DNA of 63,060 nucleotides, counting the filler, from Perkinsus chesapeaki ATCC PRA-425 (Eukaryota > Protista > Perkinsozoa): NCBI GenBank assembly GCA_013115145.1. It is 10 parts of 10 records of this genome, joined end to end, with 100 filler letters (N's around TTAATTAATTAA, not from the genome) between each part and the next. Parts side by side here need not be neighbours in the genome. Positions count along the whole stretch, not along the records: positions 29,123 to 39,952 come from JAAPAO010000873.1; positions 40,053 to 42,668 come from JAAPAO010001563.1; positions 42,769 to 44,255 come from JAAPAO010001936.1; positions 44,356 to 46,023 come from JAAPAO010001835.1; positions 46,124 to 52,746 come from JAAPAO010001072.1; 5 more parts are not named here. One strand, written 5' to 3'. The position numbers and the translations under genes are program-made. Below the pieces are notes generated by a model, which was given only the letters and a program-made list of their open reading frames with translations, did no database searches and had not been told where the DNA came from. Positions 39,091-51,660 of the stretch are shown here, in pieces. Position 1 is the first letter of the stretch; each line of letters opens with the position of its first letter.

Positions 39091-40704
39091 TTCAGTCCTG
39101 CTTATAAGTAAAGTATTGCATTTTGTGATATCGGATACGTATTAACGTATTTATGATAGCGAAGAACATGTCAATGCGAACTTCTGTTGAGTTGATAGTG
39201 ATGCGGAACGGCATGGCAGATTGAAAACGATAATTTGATAAAGATGCGCAAACCTACCCGGCAAAGTAGTAAGCTTGGAGCACGAGTGTTTTTCTTGGAT
39301 ACCTCATCCACACGGGTTCTGTTCTTCATCAGATTACACCAAACGCGTTGTGTATATCGTTAGTTCAGCAAGTTATAGGAGCTAGTAACAGCTGGTAGCA
39401 GTACTGTGGTCCCATCGCAACAATCTTAGAGTTGCCGTATCGCCGTCATTTCTGGATGAGACTGTGGGCATTGAAGGTCTCCCCCCTGAACTAGTCTGCT
39501 GTGTTTCGTATTGGCCTCCCCCAGTACAGTATCTTTGCCTACGCGAGCCTATCCTCAATCAACACAACAGTAACAAGTGTGCATGCGATTCTAACTGCGA
39601 TGCTAACAATAATGTCAAGTGTCGATTAGTTTCGTGACTTAACCGAGCTACATTCGCGTTGCGAGTGATCATAACGAACAAGCATATCGCTTCGATGGTA
39701 ACGTATATGTTGATTAACAAAAATGTATGTACGTATAACATATCCCTTGCTACAAGGGTAGAAAAGCCTGTCGAAGGCGAGCCTAGCCCTCGCCGTGTCA
39801 CCACAGGAGTATCCGAAACGGCTGGGATTTTTGCGGTAGCGTAGCCGCTAGTTGGACAGCCTCAGTTAGGAAAAGTTCAGTTAGTTTTACGTCATCAACC
39901 AACTCTCTCTCACGAAGGCGGATGGGGCAGCGCAGTGCACCCAAGCGAGCGGNNNNNNNNNNNNNNNNNNNNNNNNNNNNNNNNNNNNNNNNNNNNTTAA
40001 TTAATTAANNNNNNNNNNNNNNNNNNNNNNNNNNNNNNNNNNNNNNNNNNNNTCATAAACCTTATATCAAAGTGGATATCTTATACAATTCACAAAAGAG
40101 ACTTATCAATCTATGTAATCCTTACAACTAGCGCTAGGGGACAGTAACGGGGACATATCTTTTGTGCCCACACAAAGTAGCGATTAGTTAAGATTGCAAG
40201 AATAACAAAGACGGAACAGAATCACACTATAATTGTTGTCTCTCTACAGCCTGCTCGACAAAAATATCGATCCATTTATTATACCACCAGCGCTGTGGCG
40301 TTGGTGTTACTCTGCACTACAGAGCTTGCAGCACTCTGCTGTTTTGTGACCTTGTTTCACCCATGGTGCCCGGCTGCGTTGAGCAGTGATATTCCGCGCA
40401 GTCTCCGCACGCATTGCACGGTAAAGTGTTTTGCGTATAGGTGCATCTCGCGAAAAACGGCGAGAAACCCTCGAAATGGCGCAGTGCAATGTGCATTGCA
40501 CCAGTGTTTTGCGCTGCACAGGTGCAACTCCAGTGTCTTCGCGAGCCGATCCTCAATAAACACAACAGCAAGACGAGTGAATGGGTAAATCGTCTGGTTC
40601 CAGCGGATCGAGTTGTCACAGACAGACACCGCTAGACATATCAATTATTGATAATCAATATATCAGCGACACAAGATAGTTCTAAGATGTATATGGGTAT
40701 ACGT

Positions 40705-42450
40705 TTATGGGTTATGAACCAGTTGCAGATCTTCGATCCACGTTGGCCATGACTTGATATCCTCACCAGACGCGTGCTTGGTTGCAAAATACTGCCTAAG
40801 ATGTAGGTGACAGCGTTCCAGCCATCCCCCATAGCTCTTGTGGTGGGGAGGTAACACTGCCACACGGATGTTCCTTACAGAACACCACTCCTTAAAATGC
40901 TCGGGCTTGAACCCGCCATCGACCACGAAACATAGAGGCCACGAGATGTCAGCTAGACAGGATTCTAGAATCTTCGCAGTCTCTGCCATCTTCACTGTGC
41001 GAGTCGCACGAGACCAAGTATAACCAGTAGCAGCACATACCACTGTCAGAACATGACGATAGTTGCCCTCGCCCGTCGGAAGGTTTGCGACATGATCTAC
41101 TCCCATTATCTGTGGGTGTATCATGTCTCGTACACCGAAGACTCGTACACTTTCACTTCGTTCACCACCCGTACAGTGAATATTCGTACACCCCTCGGAT
41201 CCGTACATCGTCAATCCGTACACCCCAGACTCATACACATAAAACCCATACACACAAAACCCGTACACATAACAAATTGTTATTAACAATCGTACACATA
41301 AAATTCGTACACCAAAAACCCGTATACCGAAAACCCGTACACCGTCAATTCGTACACAACGATAACCCGTAGACTTCGCAGTCATGCAACCCTCATCTTG
41401 GGTTTCCTAGCTTTTACAGATTCTAAGGTTTCACGGCTGTTATGGTGGCGGTGTTAGAATGTGGTGTTACTTCACCAAAGGTCGTGAGTTCAACCCTCAG
41501 GGAAACTAAATTAAATCATGTAATTCAATGCCGAATCGGTATGGCCGTGTTGAATTTCCATTCCGAAGTAGCATACCTGGAATACTATTTCATGTGCCGC
41601 ATTTGAGTGCTGCATGCTGAGTATTCTGTGTACGAGCTTAAAGTGTACTGGTATTATGTGTACGAGTATTCGATGCTTGTCATGTTAGATTCATCATGAC
41701 GGCGTCGCCGTCATGATTTCCAGAGCGCTGAAGCTACACTTAGGTTATCAGAGTGTAGTACAATGAGGATGATAGGTAGCTCGGTGAGGAAAAACAGCAC
41801 GGTTTCAGACGAGAATTTCTTGTCAAGTAATACAAGAATCTGACACCGCAGTATACAAAAGGCAGCCCGCCGGGCTGCCGGGAACACAATTCGTACCAAT
41901 TTCAATAAGAAAAACAATCGCTACTCTCGACTTCGCGGCGCTATCGAATGCCTTGGGGTTTTCCTGGTTTGATGGGTAACTACTGGGAGCGAAATGCACG
42001 AGGCCCGTGCAACTCAGGACGCATTCTCAAACTAACCCTTCCCTCCCCCACACCCAGGAGGGCAGAGCACCCCCTCCCTGTCAACCCAGGGGGGCACGTG
42101 CCCCCTTTGCCCCCTATGTTGGGCGCCTCATGCATTGCATGAGTATTACGTGTATGAGTGTTCGATGTATGAGTATTTACTGTACGGCCTTGAAGTGTAC
42201 GGGTTTCCGGTGTACGGGCTGTAAGTGTATGAGTATTCGAGACATGAGTCGAAGATGTACGAGTTTTCAGTGTACGGGACGTGAACATCCCTTATCTGTC
42301 CTGGAACAGTGGACTTGACCGGTAGGACTCCTGCGGTTTGATCCTCACCTGGGTAGAGACCGATGAGGGTTTGTAGACGGGACGTAGAGGTAAATAATAA
42401 CTCTGTGTCATCAGAACCTTGCGGAAATCCAGCGATAACTCCGCAAGAAA
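40705..42450 (-). mobile_element. LTR-retrotransposon integrase fragment interrupted by a 1178-bp DNA transposon
   Basis: DDE core GVDH..VVDGG..WLERCH. Removing 41114-42291 and one TSD copy restores VLPVKSTVPGQIMGVDHVANLP. Confidence 0.8.
41114..42291. mobile_element. Non-autonomous DNA transposon with 8-bp TSD, GGG termini and inverted ~15-bp subterminal repeat arrays (MULE-like; Merlin or hAT not excluded)
   Basis: TSD TTATCTGT at 41106-41113 and 42292-42299. Left end GGGTGTATCATGTCTCGTACAC; right end reverse-complement GGGATGTTCACGTCCCGTACAC. CGTACAC-core array 41125-41372; GTGTACG-core array about 42140-42280. Confidence 0.85.
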
Positions 42451-42873
42451 AGTCCGGCGTGTAACAGATCGCTCAGATTGCATGATCACGAAAGCAAATA
42501 ATGACACCCAGGTTCGATTCCCACTGGGAATTTCCCAGTGGCGGCATATGACTATGATATGATGAATTGCCCACTTGATAAATCTTGCGCTTAAGCTGTG
42601 TTGCTGTCCCGTATCTTTTTTAGCCTAGCCAGGCCGCCTGAGCCAATACTGTATATACTTGATTATCTNNNNNNNNNNNNNNNNNNNNNNNNNNNNNNNN
42701 NNNNNNNNNNNNTTAATTAATTAANNNNNNNNNNNNNNNNNNNNNNNNNNNNNNNNNNNNNNNNNNNNGAACAATTGATCGATCGAACAACAATAATTTA
42801 TATAACATATTTTTATATTATAACAGGAAAAATCTTGTTCAATTGATCAATTTCTAGAGTTCTTTTTATTATC

Positions 42874-44255
42874 ATGTTTCACGACACCCAAGCTCTTGAC
42901 CCCACCGCATACTCTTTGAGTCAACTGGGCTCCCCTTCTATCGCTGAAGACGATCAAGGCTCACTGAATGACTTCATAGTTCCGGATACCTCTCAAGTTA
43001 CTTTATATGATGCGTCACAAGGAGGTGGATTAACGCAGGTGATACACGGAGGAAGAACGGTTGCTACGACAAAGTTTTAAACGGTCGTTATTTAAATTCC
43101 GTGAACATGACTGACGGTTTCAGGCCGATCGCAGAGGTCTAAACCTACCAACTACTCCAGAAATTCCTGAGGGACCACCGGCATGTGACTTCTCTTCTTT
43201 CTACTTGATTACCTGGCCTCATCCAGTGAACGATGCCCAACAATTGTTGAAACCTGGGGACGACTTGTCGAAAGAGTCATTCGCGGCGATACTTCAAGAG
43301 TCTTTCAATGCACATAATGTGCCTCTCACATACCTATGCGTTGCTTCTGAGCGCCATATAGATGGCAGGATTCACTTTCATGTTTCAACGCGGGCTGGCC
43401 GCAGACATAGGTGGAAGAGAATCTCTCAGTGGCTGCGACGCCGCAAAATTGCAGTGAACTTTCGACCGTTCAAGTCATATCTGGCATGCTATCAATATTG
43501 TTCCAAGTCGGATCCCCGGCCATTCCTGTCTTCCAGCCATCCACCATATCCACTTGAGCCATTACAGAAAGATATTCGTTCTAGTGATAGAAACGGTGAT
43601 GCCGGCGAGGGCTGTAAACTACGCAGGTTAAGCGACATTTCTGACTGGGTGGTCGCGAAACAAATTAAAACAGTCACACAACTTTTGAGGGCTGCGAACC
43701 AAGAAAAAAACATCAAAAGGTTCATATTGGACTCCAAACAGGAACCGAGCAGTATGTTAAGCAGAATCTGGGCTCTAGAGTCAGCTGACGCCACGCTCCA
43801 ACGAGAGTCGATGTCAAGAATGGCGATTCTAAAGGAGACGGCAGAAGTGAGTGCGTGTGCGTGCGATGGCGGAACGATCGATGCTATCCAAAGCATACTT
43901 GCCAGGAACGACATCTCGCCCGAGTCGTTTGCCAACACTATTACACATATGCTGAAATTTGGTCGCAGTCGCAACCACAATATAGCCCTGTCCGGGCCGT
44001 CAGGTTGTGGTAAAAGCTATATAGCAAAACATCTTGGATCGATATACACTGCCGTTAGCATATCATCTGCCAGCTATCCGCTGTCGATATTATTAGAGAC
44101 AAGTCCAGAAATCATCATAGCGGATGACTTCAGAGTATATCAACATCAGAATGGGTTTCAAATATCTGATTGCCTATGCTTTTTAGAGGGTAAGTCGCCG
44201 ATGGTGGTACCACTCCCTAAAAGCTATAGCAAGAGCGATGGTCTCTTCTACAAAG
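42874..44255 (+). CDS. rep: CRESS-DNA-virus-like Rep (HUH endonuclease + SF3 helicase), probably two exons, truncated at the contig end
   Basis: Motif I YLITWP, motif II HFHV, motif III YQYCSK, Walker A GPSGCGKS, Walker B IIADDF. Predicted exon 1 42874-43038, phase-0 GT-AG intron 43039-43123, exon 2 in frame from 43124. Confidence 0.85.
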
Positions 44256-44355
44256 NNNNNNNNNNNNNNNNNNNNNNNNNNNNNNNNNNNNNNNNNNNNT
44301 TAATTAATTAANNNNNNNNNNNNNNNNNNNNNNNNNNNNNNNNNNNNNNNNNNNN

Positions 44356-46023
44356 CGCTGAGATAAACTAGCCTGCTGTCGTCGCTGAGCTGAGAGATTG
44401 GACTCGGCCCGCCAGACATGGTACTCTGGAAGGAGTTCGTCACAAGTCGATCGAAGTTGATTCACCCATAACGACTCACTCTGCTCTGAGGGCACTATAT
44501 CAGAAGAATCTCCATCTTCTCGTTCAGCAGTAGATAGTATACCAGAAAGAACTGGCGAACAACCATATATACGCTCAAAGGCACAGCTAGAACCACTACC
44601 TTGACGATATAACATATTGATCATAACTTCACATAATCCCAACCAATGATGGAGATCAGATGCTGACTGTATCTGACCTTCACTAATTCTCAATATATGA
44701 GAAAGAGCACCATTACATCTCTCGATACGGCTATTGCCCCGTGCATTACCCACAGCAACAGTCTTATGCTGAATGCCTAACAATGCATTAGATAATCTCA
44801 TAACCTCATTCAAAAAGCTTGAGCCTAGGTCAGTTAAAATCACTGAAGGACACCCAAATCTTACCAGCCATCTTCTGAAGAAGACTGTATAGGATTCGCT
44901 TGGCTCAAAGCTCGAAACGGGCTCGAAAATACAGTAGCCTGAACTCATATCAATAATACCAAGGACAGCTACATAATTAGTAGCAGCTTTAATACTCTCA
45001 GGTAATATTTTATGATCCATAGCTATCGTATTAAACCGGGCTTGAACTTGTATGATGTCTCCAAAACTTCTAGCATTTGAAGGTAAATTGGATTTTTCCT
45101 GACACCAACACTGCATCACAAAAGCCTTCACTGAAGATAGACAGTTGACCCACCAACCGAGGCGGATACAAGCATTTTGTGTGCTTCCTACTCCTAAGTG
45201 GGTAGTAGAATGAGCCTGTCGCATAAGTTTCCATCTTAAAGACGGCTCCTCATCACTAGCGTCTGACTCTGGCGGAACCATCAAGACGACAACTCGAGGT
45301 TGAGTAGTAGTCGTAGACGAAGTTGTACATACTTGAGCTGAAGAAAGTACATAAAGTAATGGTACCGAGCCCCCCAGCTCGCAGTTGGCGGCTGGATGAT
45401 TTAGACACCACATAGAATGACCAAACCAACCTTGGATTTGTCTCTGTACCAAAGGCGCTAGCGGACACGTTACTTTCTCTCGCAGGCAATCCGCGTATAC
45501 CAAAATATCCTTCACCCGAACACCGTGGAACGGAGTAGTATCTTCTCGCTGTAGTTGGCCAATCCGGACTACCTCGGACTCGGAGAGATCTAAGTGGACA
45601 ACACGAAATGGGACTGGCAAAGACTGAAAATCTTCTAGCATCATATCACTCGCTGAAGTAGATCCTACCGTGAGCGCGAAAGCCAGTGGACTAATTGCGG
45701 GCTCCTGCTTAGCGACGACTTGGGCATCAAGTTGCTCAGTAAACCTTGAGATGACATCACTCGAAGAGTTAAGATCTCCTTGAATGTGCTTAAAATATAT
45801 ACCTGCACTGCGACACTCTTCCAGCTCTTCAAGCCATCCTATAAACTTGCGAAGCTTGACACCACACAGGTTATCAGGAGCAACCTTGAAAGAATTAACT
45901 TCTCCTTCAGAGCGTTCTCTACAAGTTGACAACCATAGACGACTCCACTTCTTATTAAATGCGCGCGATTGGGGTCTTGTAACAGAGCCGCATTTGCTTC
46001 CGATGGTTGTATCGGGACAGTTG
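44356..46023 (-). mobile_element. Ty3/gypsy-type pol fragment (RNase H end + integrase), open across the whole contig
   Basis: HIQGDLNSSSDVISRF (RNase H end), HHCC AHSTTH..CWCQ, core AMDH..LTDLGSSF..SRIERCNG; RNase H before integrase is the gypsy order. Confidence 0.9.
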
Positions 46024-46123
46024 NNNNNNNNNNNNNNNNNNNNNNNNNNNNNNNNNNNNNNNNNNNNTTAATTAATTAANNNNNNNNNNNNNNNNNNNNN
46101 NNNNNNNNNNNNNNNNNNNNNNN

Positions 46124-48793
46124 AACGGTTCGCGGGTCGCGGGTTCCAATTTAGGTATTCGACACCCTACCGCTCGGGAGGAAGGACTCGGGTAAACCGT
46201 TCATCCGGCTAGCTCATAGTTTACGACACAACACTTCATTCGGTCCAAGAATCTACTCCCTTACCAATCCAGCAGTAAGATTCTAATTATTGCTATCCAT
46301 TATACCACCACACGTGCAATAGTATCCAGTCTACCTCAACTTCAATAACAACCGTAATATTGAACAACTTCCGTCATAGAGTTCGTGCGAGCGACCTGGT
46401 GGTATTATACACATAATACCAGTACAGCTTCTTTTATACGTCCTTGACACAATTGTTAGTCCTATTATTCTTGTATATTTTGACTTGACTCTCCCTATAA
46501 TATTATTACCACTTCTGCCTTCGCAAGTGCCTTCACCACTTGAAGCAGCTCGATGGGATCTTTAAAATCTTGAATTCGGCGCATAACCTGACCAAGATTC
46601 GATCCCAGGACCTCCACAAGGCCAAACCGTGGCCCTAACCACTAGACCAACTATCCTATTACATCGTCGGCTATGTCTACATAAAGCATCTGATCCCTAT
46701 AGCCAAGAGAACTGAAGGCGTACACTATCTGGCTTATATGACTTGGCTCCAAGACCGGCAGTCGATGAGGCACTTCATCCGCAATCCTGAAAGACGAGGA
46801 AATTACCCCGAAAACCAAAATTGTTGCACACAGTCAAGCGTAAAAACATAAACACAAATCCTCTCTAAATGTTAAGGCTTCAATCATTTCTTGAATGAAG
46901 TCTTTTTCCCCGTTTCATGGGCTTATTGATGGAGTCTATAATTTGACAAATCCATGAGTAACATTTTCCCCTGTAGTGCTCTGACCGGTTCGAAGTAGTT
47001 ATGCTCCCACAGTGGTGACCCGCAAAAAGTCCTGAATACAGTTTCCAAATTTCTGTCCCCACCGATGTAGAAGCGGTGACACGTCCAGATTGCTATATCG
47101 CAAAGTCCGTGACGGACCGATCAACCTAGTGACACTCAGCTCCGAGATTAAAGCCTTAACACCGAAAATAAAATAGTAGTATAAACAATATTTCCAAAAC
47201 CAACATTTACCGAAACTCCACGTGAATTCTCTCGAGACTTCGCAGCAAACAAAACTATGTTATACTTACCACATCCATCGAATTTGAGAATCAAATTTTA
47301 GAAATATTTTCCCAACAAAATGATATCATCTACACAGGACCAGCTTTACTACCTCCTCAAAAGCTTCTCATTATAATATCTCAACTTCATCAAACCACTG
47401 CACAACATCGATAACTCTAGTGGGCCGAAGAATCTTAATCGACCCGGGATGACGTCAGATAACCTCGAAAGCATCTTTTCGTGAACTACCCTAAAAAAGG
47501 GACAATAACGAGTTCATCGATATAACAAAATCACTCAAATTCATATATATAGACAACATTCAGTCGTTTATAGATATTTAAATTCAGATTCATTTTCAGA
47601 TATAGTCATTTAGTCATATTATTTTAGTAATATTACCCTTATTAAAAAAGAAAAAGATGGGATTCAAGCTACAGACTGAAACAGCTACTATCACTGATGA
47701 AGTGTATACTCTCTACGGCGATAATTCCCACACTTACTACTATTACTTCTCACATTCTCATATTTATATTCTACAGTACAGTTTAAGACTTGTTTTTTTT
47801 CAATAATTAATATAAATTATTAATTTATAATCTATTTATAATATAATATATAAGACTCCTATTAAACGTTAAAACATATTTATACTGCCCTCGTCGCCCA
47901 CCTCACCTAGCACGACCGAAGGCCACCATTGCCAAGCCTAAGCTTCGAGGCTTCATACCACTACAAACCTCAGCAATCCTGTCAGCATATCTCATCATTA
48001 AATCTGGCTCGTCTAACCCAAACTGAACCTAATAACACCAAGATCGATGTCTCAACAATGACAAGTAAACCATTTGCAACTCAGTAATCCTATCTATACT
48101 ATTATCAAATAAAATGCCACTTGGGAAGAACCAGAGATGCGGAAATGATATAATTATACATTACCATAAATGATGCTATACGTATGGCAGGATATTAGGT
48201 AACAGGGAGTATTGGCTAAAGTAAAAGGAATGGAAGAAATTAAATAATTCTACTATGACGTATACCGTAAGTCGATCAACTAGTAATAAAATTCACTGTA
48301 TACGATAAATAATAACAATTATCGATAGCACAACCAACCGCTCAGATTGGCCAATAATTCAATAATGTTTCCGCAATTGGCACTATTGATTATTTATGAT
48401 CAATAAAACAATAATAATATAAGCTATTAATTCAATAATATAATATTATTACTGTTCTAAACACATGTGGTCCAATAGTTCCGGCATCGAGGCCTTCGGG
48501 GTTATACATTAAACCTTTAACCATGTCATCTGGAGTATCTCGTTTCTTACGAGCATGCCAAGGATTAGCCCAATCATTTTCGTACCTCAAATAGGCCATA
48601 TCTTCCGCAAATATCAAATGCACGCTTCAACCTACTTCTCATCGATAACACCACGTTTTTTAAGGCGTAATCTAGGCATGGTTTTGCCTCCTCTTTCGCC
48701 TGGTGAGACCTCCCGCGCGCCAGGAATTGATTTCCATAATTTATTAAACTCCTTCGGCTTCGTTCCACATTTAATTGCCGATAATTTCAGCAT
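46124..48793 (-). CDS. Heptatricopeptide-repeat (HPR/RAP-type) helical-repeat protein, multi-exon, 3' truncated; probably an organellar RNA-binding protein
   Basis: Exon ~46660-46785 reads IADEVPHRLPVLEPSHISQIVYAFSSLGYRDQMLYVD-IADDV, an exact 37-aa period. Similar repeats at ~47340-47490 (LRFFGPLELSMLCSGLMKL), ~47900-47990 and ~46510-46610. Candidate basic N-terminus MLKLSAIKCG.. from 48793. Confidence 0.7.
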
Positions 48794-49063
48794 ACTAAAA
48801 ACCTATTTTAATATGCGCTCCTACTAGAATTTCGTGGCGCGCGGTCAGTGGATTTTTTGGGCGCGCGGTCTTTTCAAGGTGACTGCGCGCGCCCGGGAGC
48901 GCATGACGGATTTTGAGCGTTGTTTGGAAGGGCCGTCTCGTAGGGTCGAGGAATCAAGGATATCTTGAGGTTAAGCGAGCAAGATACGCATGAGCTCGAC
49001 TCCATGATCGTGAATATCTTACATCTGATACTTCATATTTTAGTTGGTTGACGTTATTTCGCA
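48794..49063. promoter_or_regulatory. Candidate bidirectional promoter between the HPR gene and PP1
   Basis: About 270 bp between divergent candidate ATGs, with clustered T-run+GCGCGC motifs. GAATTTCGTGGCGCGC (48827-48842) recurs inverted at 53929-53944. Confidence 0.4.
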
Positions 49064-51596
49064 ATGAAACGCTTGGCCAACAAAACCGAGCCTTCTTCAG
49101 AGCAAATCGAAAAGTAAACCAAACTAAATCGTTATTATAATTTCACCTCCCCCTCAGATGGTCACCGGACGCTTTAATTGACCAGCTTTTGGCAGTAAGA
49201 GGAAAACCAATAACGAAGGTAACCTTCGTCGATTATTTTAATGTTATATTTTTAATTAGCCTGTCCCGATGCAAGAATCCGATATTAAATGTTGTTTGGG
49301 AAGAGTTAAGAAGGTCCTTGAAGGTATGTTGGTCAGCTTATTGATAGAATATCACCAATAACCGTATCTCACAAACGATCACAACTGAAGGGCAAACAAA
49401 TCGATTCTAGCATTATATACGTAATTCGTCCTTCTGGTGTCCTCCAGCTGCCACGATCTCTTCAGCCTTCCTTAGCGTCTATTACTACATATTGCTGCAC
49501 TCCTTCATTTTTATTGGTGTTTTTCGGGTTCCTTCGTTTTTGTTTAATATTTATTTTGATTCTTTACGAGCACTGCTAAAACATAGCCTGTCCATGAACG
49601 ACATGAACGTCAGAAAGGAAGAAATTTCGCTCCTTTCCTGGGGGACAGTCGAAAAGGGGCTCCTCGAATGACAACAAACGCTTTCAATCGCCGAAATATG
49701 GCAGGAAGCTTTATAGAGATAATATAATAGTAGGAGCCCTATTCTACCGGGCTTGTTACTTTGCTTGTGATCAATTCTTCATAATCGGTCGAGTGATGTT
49801 CAACATGCCAATATGAGTCCTAGCTGCTGCTCGTTATAAACTGGAAGGACTCGTTCAAGAAACGGCGCGGAAATCTACATCTCAGTGGTTTTCACAATTT
49901 CTCAATCATCGGTTGGGCAAAAACGATACCGTCTATGCGCCAGTTGATGGCTAGCTTTTCAATCCTGATTAAACTGTCACACTTTTCCTTAGGCGAATCG
50001 TCTCTACTTAACATCGAGGCTCCATGTAAAATCGTTGGAGACATCCACGGACAGTACTCTGACCTTCTACGTCTGTTGGACTGTGGAGGCTACCCCCCGG
50101 AGACCAGGTCAGCTTCAAGTTACGTCTATCTAATATGATCAACATTCAGGTATCTTTTCCTCGGAGACTATGTCGATCGTGGTCCGTATGGTATGGAGTG
50201 CATGATCCTATTGTCAGCGTTGAAAATCAAATTTCCTGATCGAGTGTAAGTTATAGGAAAGGACAAACTTGCCTTTGAAATTTTATCATTTTGAGCTTCG
50301 ACTTGTTCGATCGCCTCTTGATGTGCAGTGAGGGGCACAAGTGTGAACGTTTGAATGAATGAATTATAGTATCTCATATATTATCATTGTGTCGAAAGAG
50401 CAAGCGGTTCTTGCGCGTCACCGTACATTTTGGAGAGTATAACTTCTTCAGTTACCTCCTCCGCGGCAATCACGAGTGCGGTCCTATTTCGCGCATATAT
50501 GGTTTTTATGACGAAGTGAAGCGAAGGTTCAATGTTAAGCTTTGGAAGACGTTCTGTGACATGTTCAATCTTCTACCACTCGCAGGTAGGAGTGATAGAT
50601 TATTCTGATAAAGTCCGTGATGGCCATGTATGTGATGTGAGATCCGGTTGCATCCAGCAGAACATCGATTGTGAGTAAAAACATTAGTGAGTATTAAACT
50701 GTTAAAACAGTATATAAGACCGCAGACGTCGGTACTGGATCTCTGACCCATTTGATGTCTTTCAATGTCTTGTTGTTGTTTGCTGTAGGTATGAAATGAA
50801 CTTTGCTTGTTTTGTCTTAGCTATAATCGATGAGAAGATTTTCTGCGTCCACGCAGGCTTGAGCCCAGATTTGACAACAATGGACGCGATAACCAAGATA
50901 AAGCGACCTACTGACGTATCATATAGTTTATCAAATCCCCGCTTCAACCTAAGATACCCCTCAGGTCCCTGAGGAAGGTCTTGTATGTGATTTGCTCTGG
51001 AGTGACCCTGAGCCTGGCGTCACTGGTTGGGCTGAGAACGACCGAGGTGTTAGCTATACGTTTGGAGCTGATGTGGTTCAGAACTTCCTCGAAAAGTAGT
51101 ATTCAAAAAACACAACACTCTGCTATCTTACACTTACGATGAGCAAATATTAATTTAATCACCTCGTTAAATGATTGATAGAATGGTTTACATATTTTCC
51201 GGACCTGTTAATTTTGATAGGAGATGCTCAGCCTCCCGTCTATATAGCCGCTAGTTGGCTTACGGGCTCACAGTCTTTCATTATAGCCCGACTTATTTTC
51301 CGAATACTGGTGGCAGCTTTTTCCGACTTGCTTTCGTTTTAATTAGGTTCGACTTTGACTTGGTTGTCAGAGCTCATCAGGTTGTTGAGGATGGTTATGA
51401 GTTTTTTGCTCAACGGCAAATGGTATGAAAATATCGAATAATAATTTCCCGAAAATTTCGGAAAATTTTCCAGGTGACGATTTTTTCGGCGCCGCATTAT
51501 TGCGGGGAATTCGACAACGCCGCGGCAATGATGACAGTCAGAGACGATTTGATGTGCTCCTTCCAGCTTCTCAAACCGTCGATTAAGAAGAAGTAA
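49064..51596 (+). CDS. Ser/Thr protein phosphatase, PP1-like catalytic subunit, about 11 exons
   Basis: [49 protein letters not shown]; stop TAA 51594-51596. An apparent 1-nt deletion near 49295 breaks the frame (error or pseudogene). Confidence 0.9.
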
Positions 51597-51598
51597 TA

Positions 51599-51660
51599 TT
51601 GGCGGAGTGGTAGAGCGCTCAACTGTCATTCTGTACACCCTGGTTCGATCCCTCTGCCTT
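51599..51660 (+). ncRNA. tRNA-derived sequence (Pol III A/B boxes) just after the PP1 stop; not a foldable tRNA
   Basis: A-box TGGCGGAGTGG, CTGTCAT loop-like segment, B-box GGTTCGATCCC; acceptor and T stems do not pair. Confidence 0.45.

Noticed and set aside
38315-39145. Val/Ala-rich, Cys-rich and Leu/Pro-rich ORFs (38315-38635, 38571-39059, 38673-38978, 38768-39145)
   Set aside because: Alternative frames or antisense of the low-complexity mucin genes.
40705-41385. 226-aa ORF as a novel repeat-integrase fusion
   Set aside because: Its N-terminal half is read-through of the inserted transposon's subterminal array; the true integrase frame continues beyond 42299.
46585-46615. tRNA B-box-like GGAGGTCCTGGGATCGAATCT on the minus strand
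   Set aside because: It lies in an HPR-like coding exon (EVLGSNLGQVMRRIQDF) and has no A-box.
51189-51310. Pogo-like MITE in a PP1 intron
   Set aside because: End similarity is weak and no convincing inverted repeat or TSD pair could be fixed.
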